From: Acutalibacteraceae bacterium
GTDB lineage: Bacteria > Bacillota > Clostridia > Oscillospirales > Acutalibacteraceae
Assembly (NCBI GenBank): GCA_045593385.1
Contig: JAZNWP010000048.1
Coordinates: forward strand, 1 to 55,211
Direction of reading: 5' to 3'
Length of the DNA stretch: 55,211 bases
Shown here one piece after another: positions 12,470 through 21,912 of the stretch (position 1 is its first letter; each line of letters opens with the position of its first letter). Made by a program: the position numbers and the translations under genes. The notes under the pieces were generated by a model. It made no database searches. It was not told the DNA's origin and was given only the letters and a program-made list of their open reading frames with translations.

Positions 12470-14806
12470 TTTGAGTAGTATCGTGATTTTTTCGCAGAAG
12501 CTTATAAATATTTAGAAGAAATAGAAGCTGCAGAAAATAGGAATATTATTGCAAACGAAGATCGCTCTGAAGAAAAAACTTTCACTTCTATTGCTCAATA
12601 CTTTAGATATATTGAAGAGTTTAATAACAGTGCAAGAAGAGATTATTTTTTGTTAAAATTACCTTTAGATGAGGGAATGTTTAATATTGATGCTAATACA
12701 AGATTAATTGATATTCCTGCCTCTTTTGTAAAAAGTGCAATTATTCAAAAAGATAAAGTTGCTGAAACTATTATATTTACAATTAATCGTTTTATAGACA
12801 ATGTAGATTTATGTAATGTGGAACGAATTTATGTTCAATGGACCGCGCCAGATGGTAATGGAGGAGTGCGAGAATGGGCAACTCCAGTTGAACTAATTGA
12901 TAGAGAATCAATTGCTGAAAAAATTAAATTTGGTTGGACTATAGATGAAGCTGTAACTTTATATCCTGGAAAAGTATCTTTTGCAGTAACTTTCTTTATT
13001 CCAGACGAAAGTCAAGTTGGAAAAGTTTTATATCGTTTAAATACTCTTCCAGTAAGTTTTGAAGTAAAACCAGCTCTATAGCCAGAAATTAATGCCAATA
13101 GTGTTATTAACCGTCCAGGTAATGCTTTAAATGCAGTAATTCGCAATAATCGCTATCCTGGAGTCGGAGTAAAAGCTCCATTAGTTCCAGATTTTAACGA
13201 TCCAGGTTTAGATCTTCCATCAGATGGTATGTTAATGGGGGAAGGTGCTGGAACCTTAACTTTAAAAGCATAGGCTGTTACGAATGATACTGGAATTATT
13301 AATTATAACTGGTATTTTGTTCCTGCTGAAGGTGGAGCTTATAGATATCGTTGTGGAGAAAAAGAAGTGACTGATAGTGACAATAATATAAATTATAGCT
13401 TTATGTTTAAGCCACAGATTAAGACAGCTACTGGAATTGTTGATAATACTTTATCAGCAATAGATTACAATTTATTAACTAACGATTCTAAAGATTTATT
13501 TGAAAAAATTGACACTGAAGGTAATAATTATAAATTAAAAACATCAACAACAGATGAAGTTGAAGTATTTTATAATAATATTGGAACTGTTGGTACTAGT
13601 TATGAAATAATATCAAATACTGAAACAATAAATCCAAGAGATAAAATATATGTTAAAGATATCGATGGAAGTTTTAAACTTTACACCGCCGAGGATAAAA
13701 AAGAAGAAGAAGAGACGGGAATTCCCTTAACAAAGTATGAAAAATATACATTATTTACTGTAGCTAGCAGTGGAGATGTTGTTGGTGAATATTATGTTGA
13801 AGCTGATAATACTATTAGTCCAAACACAAGTTTATCTCAAGCAAGTACATCTTGTTACCTAGAGGGTCCAGAAGATATTGTGATTTTACCTGAAGGCAAT
13901 TTAGAAAGTAATGTTTTTATTGAAAATCCTTATACATATATTAGAGGAACTAAAATAAGTTAGAGTGAATATGATTTAATTTTAGATTCGGATGAAAAAA
14001 ATAAGTTTACAAAAATAGAAGAAGATGGAAATACTTATTATTCAACTGATACCACCGTAACAGTAACTATTAGAAAAATTAATTTAACATTAGAATTAAG
14101 TCAAGTTAAAAACACAACTTTTACTTATGATTGGTATAGATCTTTAACAGAGCCGCCAGTCGACCTTTCAGAAGATGATGAGTTTGGAACTAAGATACCA
14201 AGCATTTCTGGATCAACTGCTTCAATTTCTGATGTTGGTTGGTATCAAGTAAAAGTTTCTGCAAAAAAGAATAGAAAAGAAAAAAAAGCAAGTAGTATAA
14301 TTTGTAGAGCTCTTCTTAATCCAGTTGCTCCTACATTAAATGTTGTTAAATATGACGAAAATAATCAAGAAAATACTAGTTCAATAGGAACATTTTTTTC
14401 TGCAGAAGATGGAAGTGAAACTTATGTCATTGATGGTAATAAAGATTCTAAAATAAATTTAGTTGTAAATGGATAGATTTTAATTGATGATATTGATAAA
14501 AAGAATGATAAATTGTACTCAGATGGAATTAAATATGAATGGAGAATTTATAATAAAGATAAAGGTGAATTTGAAGTATTAAATACGCTAGATCATGGTA
14601 ATTTAATTCCAAGCGTAGATAATCCAAATTTTGTAGATACTTAGTTTGTTGTAGATGCTTAGGGAAATACATTTTCTTCTCATCCGTCAAAAATTATTTA
14701 CAAATTTGATGGTAATCCAGTATTCATTTCTTGTTTTGCAATAAATACTCTATATAATAAAAATACAGTAAATGAATCTATCGCAGCGTTATTTGAAATT
14801 AAATAA
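12470..14806 (+). CDS. large structural protein, about 778 aa, 6 in-frame TAG; 5' end unresolved (see finding on frame discontinuity)
   Basis: Frame 2 is open from 12452 to TAA 14804-14806 with TAG at 13079, 13271, 13961, 14471, 14642 and 14657. Contains track ORFs 12650.. and 13367... The only SD/ATG (12442) is in frame 1 and hits TGA after 14 codons. First in-frame start candidate is TTG 12470 or ATG 12677. Confidence 0.45.
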
Positions 14807-14833
14807 TTCATCTATCAAGGAGGTTTATAAATT

Positions 14834-15430
14834 ATGATTGCTAAAGAATTAGATTTTCTTTTTCAAATTCAGTCAAAAGTAACTCCTTATTTTGTAGAAT
14901 TGCCAAATGGGAAAAAATCATATAGTATAGATTTACAAACTCGTAAAATAAATTCTCCAGAATTTTTAAGTGTTCAAGAAGATCATTTATCAAATGTAGT
15001 TTATTTTAATGTAGATAGATTTTTTGATTATATGGATTTAAGTACTTTATCTTGTGTAATTATATATCAAACACCAGATGGACAATCTCATATGTATCCA
15101 ATTCCTTATTATGATGTTTATACTTTATCCAAAGAAGGAAAAATGATTTTGCCTTGGAATATTAGTAGCATTGTTACTAAAAATAATGGTATTATAACTT
15201 ATTCTTTTAGATTTTTCAAATTATCTGGAGACACTTTTGATAATTCTGAATTAATATATAATTTAAATACTTTTCCAACAACTAGTAAAATATTATATGG
15301 TTTAGATGCCCCAAATATTGATGATAGTGATGAAGTTAATTCTACTGTTAATACTTTAGAAGAACTAATTACACAGGTAAAAGAGCTTAAAGATACTGGT
15401 TTTACTTGGACTGTTATAAACGATATATAA
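14834..15430 (+). CDS. structural protein, 198 aa, paralogous to the N-terminal domain of the 12470..14806 product
   Basis: SD aaggagg then ATG. Intact ORF with no TAG. Shares IDxxTRxI...RFxDxxDL...IxxQxxxPDG...YxLNTxP motif order with residues about 70-210 of the upstream gene. Confidence 0.6.
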   Translation: MIAKELDFLFQIQSKVTPYFVELPNGKKSYSIDLQTRKINSPEFLSVQEDHLSNVVYFNVDRFFDYMDLSTLSCVIIYQTPDGQSHMYPIPYYDVYTLSKEGKMILPWNISSIVTKNNGIITYSFRFFKLSGDTFDNSELIYNLNTFPTTSKILYGLDAPNIDDSDEVNSTVNTLEELITQVKELKDTGFTWTVINDI

Positions 15431-15433
15431 TAA

Positions 15434-15470
15434 AAAGGGGAGTAAATATTTCTATTCACTCCCTTTTTTA
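15434..15470 (+). terminator. rho-independent terminator (weak stem)
   Basis: gggagt...actccc stem followed by TTTTTTA. Confidence 0.5.
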
Positions 15471-15490
15471 CATAAAGGAGGATTTTTGAT

Positions 15491-15889
15491 ATGGAAAATA
15501 TTAATTGGTTAGAATTATTATATCAAATTTTAGAGGTTTGTATCATCCCTCTCTTGGGAATCCTTACAGCCTTTATTGTAAAATTTATTAAAGTAAAAAG
15601 TAATGAAATTACTATGAAAATAGAAAATGATAAAGTTGATAAATATATTAATATGTTAGAAAACACTATTTCTTCTTGTGTTATTGCAACAAACCAAACT
15701 TATGTTGAAACATTGAAGAATAAAAATGCTTTTACTGCGGAAGCTCAAAGAGAGGCTTTTAATATGACTCTTAATGCGGTTATGGCAGTTTTAACCGAAG
15801 ATGCAAAAGAGTATTTGCGCTCGATATATGGAGATTTAGATACCTATATCACTGCGCAGATTGAGGCTCAAGTTAATTTGAGCAAGTGA
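15491..15889 (+). CDS. holin-like membrane protein (single N-terminal transmembrane segment plus hydrophilic tail; Holin_LLH-like architecture)
   Basis: SD aaggagg then ATG. N-terminal hydrophobic stretch LLYQILEVCIIPLLGILTAFIVKFI followed by an amphipathic charged C-terminus. Position at the end of the structural block. Ends TGA. Confidence 0.4.
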   Translation: MENINWLELLYQILEVCIIPLLGILTAFIVKFIKVKSNEITMKIENDKVDKYINMLENTISSCVIATNQTYVETLKNKNAFTAEAQREAFNMTLNAVMAVLTEDAKEYLRSIYGDLDTYITAQIEAQVNLSK

Positions 15890-15900
15890 GGTAATACCCA

Positions 15901-15940
15901 AAAAATACCGAAAAAGGTATTTTTTGGGCATTTTTTTTTA
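15901..15940 (+). terminator. rho-independent terminator
   Basis: aaaaatacc-gaaaaa-ggtattttt hairpin followed by a T-run (tgggcattttttttt). Confidence 0.65.
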
Positions 15941-16030
15941 CCCAAAAATGGGATAAAATAGATTATTTTGGGTCCTTAAAAGGTTATTTTCTGTGCTTAA
16001 AAAGGTTACTTTTCGTTTAAAAAATGAACT
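15919..16030. repeat. cluster of degenerate direct repeats AAAAGGTWAYTTTY / TTTTGGGYC
   Basis: Copies at about 15921 (cgaaaaaggtatttttt), 15979 (ttaaaaggttattttc) and 16001 (ttaaaaaggttactttt), plus ttttgggca/ttttgggtcc. A GC-rich imperfect palindrome lies at 16030-16075. Sits between the holin gene and the higher-GC cassette. Confidence 0.4.
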
Positions 16031-16162
16031 CGAAGTGGTCCCTAGAAGGTTGGCCTTTGGTCCGCACTAGGACAGTATTCATTAATTTTGCCTTCCTAAT
16101 TTTTACATAGTAATGGAGGGGAATGGATATAAAAATTTTTTGTATGGAAGGAGACCTTACAT

Positions 16163-16582
16163 ATGTATCAAAACTATAATTATTATCCAGGTCAGAACCA
16201 ACAAGTCTCCCAAGCTGCTTATGTGTCGCCGCAAACATACCTACGGCAGGCGCCGCCGCAAGGATTAAAAGGCCGTCCAGTAGCATCATTAGAAGAGGCA
16301 CGTGCAACCTCAATAGATTTTGATGGTTCAGTATTTTACTTTCCTGACATTGCGAACAGACGAATTTATACGAAACAAATTAATATCGATGGCACTGCTA
16401 ACTTGCAAATGTATGAATTGAAAGAATTACCAAAAGAAACAGAGTTGTAGCAAGTCCCCACTGATTAGTTTGTTACTAAAGAAGAGTTTGAAAGGGTATT
16501 GGCGGAGTTACGCCAGAGTCTAGCCGGTTAGACTGCACCTGTCGTTGTCGAGAAACCTAAAACAGAGATACTAGCATTCTGA
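16163..16582 (+). CDS. Pro/Gln-rich hypothetical protein, 139 aa, 3 in-frame TAG, ends TGA
   Basis: SD ggaaggag then ATG. Track ORF 16163..16450 continues in frame through TAG 16448, 16466 and 16529 to TGA 16580-16582, followed by an SD. Higher GC than flanks. Confidence 0.45.
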
Positions 16583-16600
16583 AAGAAGGAGGTATGAATA

Positions 16601-16855
16601 ATGTATCCTGTAGACCCAAATGTATTAATTCAATTAATTAAACAAGGTCAAAACCCTCAACAACTAATGCTAAAAATATTATAGGGTTAGGCCGGAAGCA
16701 ACCCCCTCGTAAATAATCTCCTATCTTTAGCTCAACAAGGTAGAACTACAGAAATTGAACAAGTAGTTCGGAATCTTTACACTCAATAGGGTGGACAAGA
16801 TTTTGACCGCGATTTCGCAGCCTTTAAAAAATCATTAGGCTACGAGACAAAATAA
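16601..16855 (+). CDS. Gln-rich hypothetical protein, 84 aa, 3 in-frame TAG
   Basis: SD gaaggagg 8 nt before ATG 16601. TAG at 16685, 16691 and 16787. TAA 16853-16855. Confidence 0.45.
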
Positions 16856-16882
16856 AACTAAATTTTAAGGAGGACAAAAATT

Positions 16883-17641
16883 ATGTTTAATGGAAAAGGT
16901 TACAATTTATCAGATATTGCTGCTGTAACAGGTCGCAATGGAAATGGTGATGGAATGTTCGGAGACAATGGTTGGTGGATCATTCTGTTATTCTTATTTG
17001 CTGGCTGGGGCCGTGGCTTTGGCGGATTTGGTGGCGGAGGAGTAGAAGGTGTTCCCGCAACTCAAGCTGATGTGCGCGCCGCAGTAGATCAACAGACTTT
17101 AATTTCTAAATTAGATAATCAGACTTATGGATTAGCTGATTCTACTTATGCTCTTAATAATTCTCTTATGAGTGGTTTCCATGGAGTAGATACAGCCATT
17201 TGCACTCTTGGATATAATATGCAAGGTGGTTTTAATACTCTTGGTCATCAGATTAGTGATTGTTGCTGCGAAACTGGTCGTGCCATTGAGCGCGGTTTTG
17301 CAGATACCAATTATAATATGGCTACTCAGGCTTGCGATACTCGTAGAGCAATTGCCGATAGCACAAGAGATATTATTGATGCTAATAATGCTGGTGTTCG
17401 TTCTATTCTTGATTTCTTAACTCAAGATAAGATTGCTGCTTTAACAGCTGAAAATCAAACTTTGAAATTTGCAGCTTCTCAGGCAAATCAGAACGCATTT
17501 ATTACTGCTAACCAAGAAGCTCAGACTGCGGAATTAGTTCGTAGACTTGCAACTCCTTGCCCAGTTCCAGCATATGTAGTTCCCAATCCAAATTGTTGCT
17601 ATAATCAATGCGGATGTGGCAATGGCTTTGGCTCTTTCTAA
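16883..17641 (+). CDS. membrane-anchored Gly/Cys-rich protein, 252 aa, unknown function
   Basis: SD aaggagg then ATG. Intact ORF. TM-like WWIILLFLFAGWG, Gly-rich GFGGFGGGG, cysteine clusters CCCETG and CCYNQCGCGNGFG. Markedly higher GC than the surrounding genome. Confidence 0.55.
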   Translation: MFNGKGYNLSDIAAVTGRNGNGDGMFGDNGWWIILLFLFAGWGRGFGGFGGGGVEGVPATQADVRAAVDQQTLISKLDNQTYGLADSTYALNNSLMSGFHGVDTAICTLGYNMQGGFNTLGHQISDCCCETGRAIERGFADTNYNMATQACDTRRAIADSTRDIIDANNAGVRSILDFLTQDKIAALTAENQTLKFAASQANQNAFITANQEAQTAELVRRLATPCPVPAYVVPNPNCCYNQCGCGNGFGSF

Positions 17642-17663
17642 TTGAATAAGGAGGTTGAATTTT

Positions 17664-18086
17664 ATGGAAATTATTGCTAATGCTTTACAAACTGTAGCAG
17701 CAAATCAAAATGTTTATTTCACAGACACGGTAGTTTGTGGTAATGTTTCCATAAGTCACCGAGATGATAGTGGGTTGGTCACTCTTCGTGGAGTGACCAA
17801 CACTCAATGTAGAGCTCGTTTTAAAGTGACTTTTGGTGGAAATATCGCAGTTCCAACTGGAGAAACTGTAGGTCCTATTCAATTAGCTATTGCCATTGAA
17901 GGAGAACCGGCTTTAGCAACAACTATGATAGTTACTCCAGCCGCAGTAGAACAATTCTTTAATGTTGGCGCAAGTATTTTTATTGATGTGCCTCGTGGTT
18001 GTTGTGCTACTGTTAGTGTAAAAAATACTTCCACTATTCCAGTAGAAGTTCAGAATGCTAATTTAATTATTACTCGTGAAGCATAA
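17664..18086 (+). CDS. hypothetical protein, 140 aa, all-beta, with weak resemblance to exosporium BclA C-terminal (TNF/C1q-like) domains
   Basis: SD aaggagg 9 nt before ATG 17664 (track ORF starts slightly upstream at 17655). C-terminal pattern ...ATVSVKNTSTIPVEVQNANLIITREA resembles ...SLALGTSASIIIEKVA of BclA-CTD. This is a from-memory resemblance only. Confidence 0.4.
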   Translation: MEIIANALQTVAANQNVYFTDTVVCGNVSISHRDDSGLVTLRGVTNTQCRARFKVTFGGNIAVPTGETVGPIQLAIAIEGEPALATTMIVTPAAVEQFFNVGASIFIDVPRGCCATVSVKNTSTIPVEVQNANLIITREA

Positions 18087-18103
18087 GAAGGGAGTGTGAA
18101 GCT

Positions 18104-18739
18104 ATGCATGATAAATTAAAACACATGAAAGAAACTCTTATGTGCGCGGTTGAAATGCAGTTATGTGATCTTAGCGAAGTAGATACCAAAGAACTTGGAG
18201 AAGTAATTGATATGATTAAAGATTTAGAAGAAGCAATCTACTATTGCACAGTCACAGAAGCTATGACAAATCCTCTACAAGAAAAAGAGTGGAAAATGCA
18301 AGAAAATGGCCATCACCAAGAAAATGGTGATAGCCGTATGTATTATGATGGTCCAATGTATAAAATGATGTATGCAGATGATGGGCGTCGTCGTAGATCA
18401 GATGGAACTTTTTATGCTGATAGTGGAAATAGTGCATCTGGAGGCCAGAATTATTCAATGTATTCTGATTCTAATATGAACAGTTCAAATGGAAGAAATT
18501 ATACAAATTCAATGTATAATGATTCTATGAACGGACGTAGTTATAATAGTAGAAGAATGTATATGGAAGCTAAACATTCTCATCAAGATAAATCAGTTTA
18601 GCTTCGAGAATTAGAAAAATATATGCAGGAACTTTCTCAAGATGTAGTCGAAATGATTGAAGATGCGTCTTCTGAGGAAAAGCAATATTTAGAAAAGAAA
18701 ATATCTGCTCTTGCTACTAAGATAGGTCAAATGAAATGA
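18104..18739 (+). CDS. low-complexity N/S/Y/M-rich protein, 211 aa, 1 in-frame TAG, ends TGA
   Basis: Track ORF 18104..18601 ends at TAG 18599. Frame continues (QLRELEKYMQELSQD...KIGQMK) to TGA 18737-18739, overlapping the next ATG (ATGA). Confidence 0.5.
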
Positions 18740-19047
18740 TTATTAATGGATTGCGCTGGCGCGTCCGATTGGTCTCACCAGCGCACCCTCTCTTACTAAC
18801 TCCATGGCGCACACACGCATATGGAGTTTGTGATAAAACAACACAAACAATTTGCATTGATAAGACCCTTTCCCCTCACCATTTAAAAGAAGTCTTATGT
18901 CATGAAATTGTTCATGCTTTTATGTTTAGTTATGGTGTTGATTTATCATATGTAGAAGAAGAAATAGTAGCAGAATTAATTTCAGAATATGGAGAAGATA
19001 TTGTAAAAGAAGCTAATGTCATTTATAATGGCATAAAAATGAAATAA
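18736..19047 (+). CDS. putative HExxH zinc metallopeptidase-like protein, 103 aa
   Basis: HEIVHAF motif. ATG overlaps the upstream TGA. Followed by a strong terminator. Confidence 0.45.
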   Translation: MIINGLRWRVRLVSPAHPLLLTPWRTHAYGVCDKTTQTICIDKTLSPHHLKEVLCHEIVHAFMFSYGVDLSYVEEEIVAELISEYGEDIVKEANVIYNGIKMK

Positions 19048-19098
19048 GGGCTCACTTATGAATATTAAATAAATCATAAGTGAGCCCTTATTTTTTTT
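19046..19098. terminator. bidirectional rho-independent terminator at the convergence of the plus-strand late block and the minus-strand early block
   Basis: Perfect 16-bp inverted repeat aagggctcacttatga / tcataagtgagccctt with a T9 run on plus and an A-run (T-run on minus) on the other side. The TAA of minus gene 19097.. lies in the tail. Confidence 0.75.
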
Positions 19099-19747
19099 AC
19101 TCTCCTATATCAGGAATAACTTCCAATCCTTTTACTTTATTATAATAATCTTCAGCCTATCCATTGCCACCAAGACTATGATATAAGTCATAAAAAGCAA
19201 CAATTTGTTCCCAATCATTTTCAGTAATATATCCTTCTTTTAAATGAGTTCTACAAAGTTGAATAAATCTAAATTTATAAGATTCTCTAATTTTTGTTAA
19301 ATTGTATTCATGCTTTTCAGCTAAATCTTTTAAATGAGCATCAACTTCTTTTTTATCACAATCATGATAATCTTTAACGCTTTTGATTTCTTCTTTAAAT
19401 TTTTCTTCGTCTTCTTTAATGAGGTTTTCGACATTAGAAACATGATTATCAATAATCGATTTAATATTATTCATTTCATCCACTATTGGTTCTAATTCTT
19501 CAAGAATCATTTTTCGCTGAGTTCTTATCCTATCTTCTTCTAGTAGTCTTTCATATTCTTTCTTTTTTTCTTCTGCTTTCTTTTTTTCTTCAGCAATTTT
19601 TTCTTCTGCTATTTTTTTTGCTTGCTCTTCTTTTTCATTCATTTTTTTGTATAAATGCTTAATCCAAAGACCGGCAATAGTAGTTAAAATTGTAGTAATA
19701 ACTGCAATTACAATTTCTAATGTATAAGTTTTAAAGATTTCTTCCAT
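19097..19747 (-). CDS. membrane-anchored coiled-coil protein, 216 aa, 2 in-frame TAG near the C-terminus
   Basis: SD aggggag then ATG 19747. N-terminal TM LEIVIAVITTILTTIAGLWI, Lys/Glu-rich coiled coil. Track ORF stops at TAG 19157-19159 but the frame continues to TAA 19097-19099. Confidence 0.5.
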
Positions 19748-19776
19748 TTTTTTTCTCCCCTTTCTTTTGTTTTGTA

Positions 19777-19842
19777 AAATAAAAAAATCCCTTGAAAACT
19801 TCCATTCTAAATTAGATTGAAAGTTTATCAAGGGATTTTTAT
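19777..19842 (-). terminator. putative terminator (long-loop hairpin) for the RuvC-like gene
   Basis: aaatcccttga ... tcaagggattt 11-bp stem. On the minus strand it is followed by TTTTTTT. The loop is about 34 nt, so confidence is moderate. Confidence 0.35.
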
Positions 19843-20340
19843 TTAATCTGACCAGTCAAATGTATTATTCTGATCTAACTAATATTTTCCAATACAGAAA
19901 GAGTCTGCTTCATCTTCTGTACATTTTAATTCATAATTTTTTAATACATACTATTGAGCTAATTTTTTTTCTTGAGTTCTACCTTTTCCCGCAATTTTGA
20001 AATGAGCCTTCCATTTAATAGGTTGAATTACATAATATTTTATATTTAACTCAGTTAATAATTCATGAACTACTCCAAATGCTTCAGCAAGAATTTTAAA
20101 AGTTGTTATTCCTAATTCTTTATTACCATTAACATCTTGAAGTTGAATATCTTCAAACGCAACTTCATCAATATTATATTCTTGAATTAATTCAATAATT
20201 TTATTTCTTAACTATTCTAGTCTATCACCCAAATCATTTCCAACACAATCAAAATGACTTGTTTTTACATTTACTCCATCTTTAAATACTGAATATCCAG
20301 TAGTATGAGAAGATTGATCTAATGCTAATAAATTAGACAT
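19843..20340 (-). CDS. RuvC-like Holliday-junction resolvase, 165 aa, 3 in-frame TAG
   Basis: Absent from the ORF track because of TAGs. Frame is open from ATG 20340 to TAA 19843-19845. N-terminus MSNLLALDQSSHTTGYSVF (catalytic D plus TGY as in the RuvC LGIDPGxxxTGYGV motif). C-terminal DEADSFCIG acidic motif. Confidence 0.55.
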
Positions 20341-20875
20341 TAGTTGAACCAAATCCTCCGAAGCGTTCTCCTGTTGTAATGTCATCTTCAGTTACGCCAT
20401 AAGGAACGATAATTCCTTGACCAATTGCTTCTCCTTTTGGAATTTGAATATTAAATGGAGATAAATTATAAAGTTGAAGAAAAATTTCTCCTTCATTGTC
20501 TGGATTATTATAATAATCTGCGTCGATAATTCCTACCCCATTAGCGAGCATAATCCAATACTTTAGCGGAGAAGAACTACGAACACTAAGTTGAAGATAT
20601 GTTCCTGGGTCTAATTTACACTTCATGCCAGTAGAAACTAATGTAGGTTTATATTCAGTTTTCTTTGTAAAATCTCCCATATCTTTAAGAGTAAGATATT
20701 CATCATCTTCTATTTTTAACATTTGACTTGCTTCACCAGCAAGGTTAAAAATTGATGGAATTATATAATCTTCTGCGGCGACGAGGTCATATCCTGCTGA
20801 CTACCTAGTCTTACGGATCGGCATAACCAATTCCGCATCATTAGCATATCTACTTACTTTTTCAAATTTTGCCAT
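20333..20875 (-). CDS. dut: dUTP diphosphatase, 180 aa, 1 in-frame TAG
   Basis: Track ORF 20333..20722 extended upstream through TAG 20797-20799 to ATG 20875. Motifs SAGYDL, RSSSPLKY, GIIDADYYNNPDNEGEIF and GERFGGFGSTNV. Confidence 0.8.
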
Positions 20876-20877
20876 AA

Positions 20878-21117
20878 TTAACCCTCATACGAAATAGAGA
20901 CGATTCTATCTGGTTCTTTTTCGTCAGTAAATACTTTTGTAGCACTAACTACCTGATATTCTTCTACGATTTCGCCTTTCTGCTTAATATATTTAGTCTT
21001 ATAACTAAATGCCACTAAATCAAAAGTTGGATCATCAAGAAACTCTTGATGAAGATTTTCTACATCGTCTACTGTTGGAACTCTATAAGTGTCAACTGCT
21101 TTTAATAAATATTTCAT
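20878..21117 (-). CDS. hypothetical protein, 79 aa
   Basis: Intact ORF, translationally coupled to neighbours. Confidence 0.4.
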   Translation of the reverse strand: MKYLLKAVDTYRVPTVDDVENLHQEFLDDPTFDLVAFSYKTKYIKQKGEIVEEYQVVSATKVFTDEKEPDRIVSISYEG

Positions 21118-21386
21118 TTTTTTAATACCTCTACTTTAATATTATCTTTATTATAATTTTTTAATGAATAACTTAACACATCTTCTGCGACAGCTTGGCA
21201 AAAGACACTATTACCAGCGAGCACAACATCGCACAAAGATTTATTATAACATGTAGCACTAATGATTTCAGGGAGTTCATCCATTGAGGTAGTTGCTACA
21301 TAATCCATTTGATTTGTTTCAGAATCGACTATAAAAATTCGCTATTCTGCATCGAACATATGTAATTCACAAAATATTTTTTTCAT
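21114..21386 (-). CDS. hypothetical protein, 90 aa, 1 in-frame TAG
   Basis: Track ORF 21114..21308 extended upstream through TAG 21342-21344 to ATG 21386 with ggtaggtg SD. Confidence 0.35.
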
Positions 21387-21387
21387 T

Positions 21388-21876
21388 TTATTCACCTACC
21401 AGAACAATTCCACTATCATAAGGGAATAAGTATAAACAAGTTGGTTCACCGTCTTGGGGCTGAACCCAAATCTCAACAGCATCGCCAGCTTCAGTTAAAT
21501 CCATAGCTTTAATTAAGCCAACATTTAAACAGCAATCAAGAACATCTTCACCAAAATATTGAGGCTCAATAATCTTAAATACTGTGAAATAAGAAATTTC
21601 CTTACCATACAACATAAAATATTTATTATGGTAAGTTTTATATAAAGTCCAAATATCATACATTGCCTTATCAAAATCTTCAAGAATAGGCAATTGAGAA
21701 ATGATTTGTTTATTCATATCATATAAACCAAGCTCAAGATTTGAGCCTTCTATTTTAAGCTCTTTATATTCACCATTTTGATAAATCATAGTTTTTCCAT
21801 CTTCTGTCTAAACTATTTCACCGTCTTGTGGATTTAGAGACTTGGTATTTTTTATTTTAAATTTTTGATTAGTCAT
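21388..21876 (-). CDS. hypothetical protein, 162 aa, 1 in-frame TAG
   Basis: Track ORF 21388..21789 extended upstream through TAG 21808-21810 to ATG 21876 with SD aaaggaga. Confidence 0.4.
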
Positions 21877-21912
21877 ACTATTTCTCCTTTTTATTTCTTC
21901 ATATATAGTATA

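Noticed and set aside
15919-16030. Possible CRISPR array because of short direct repeats
   Set aside because: Repeats are degenerate (13-16 nt), irregularly spaced, AT-rich, lack unique spacers of uniform length, and have no cas genes nearby.
16030-16080. GC-rich segment examined as a possible suppressor tRNA gene
   Set aside because: No acceptor-stem pairing, no GTTCxAxxC T-loop, no CUA anticodon loop context. Only an imperfect palindrome. No tRNA recognised anywhere in the window.
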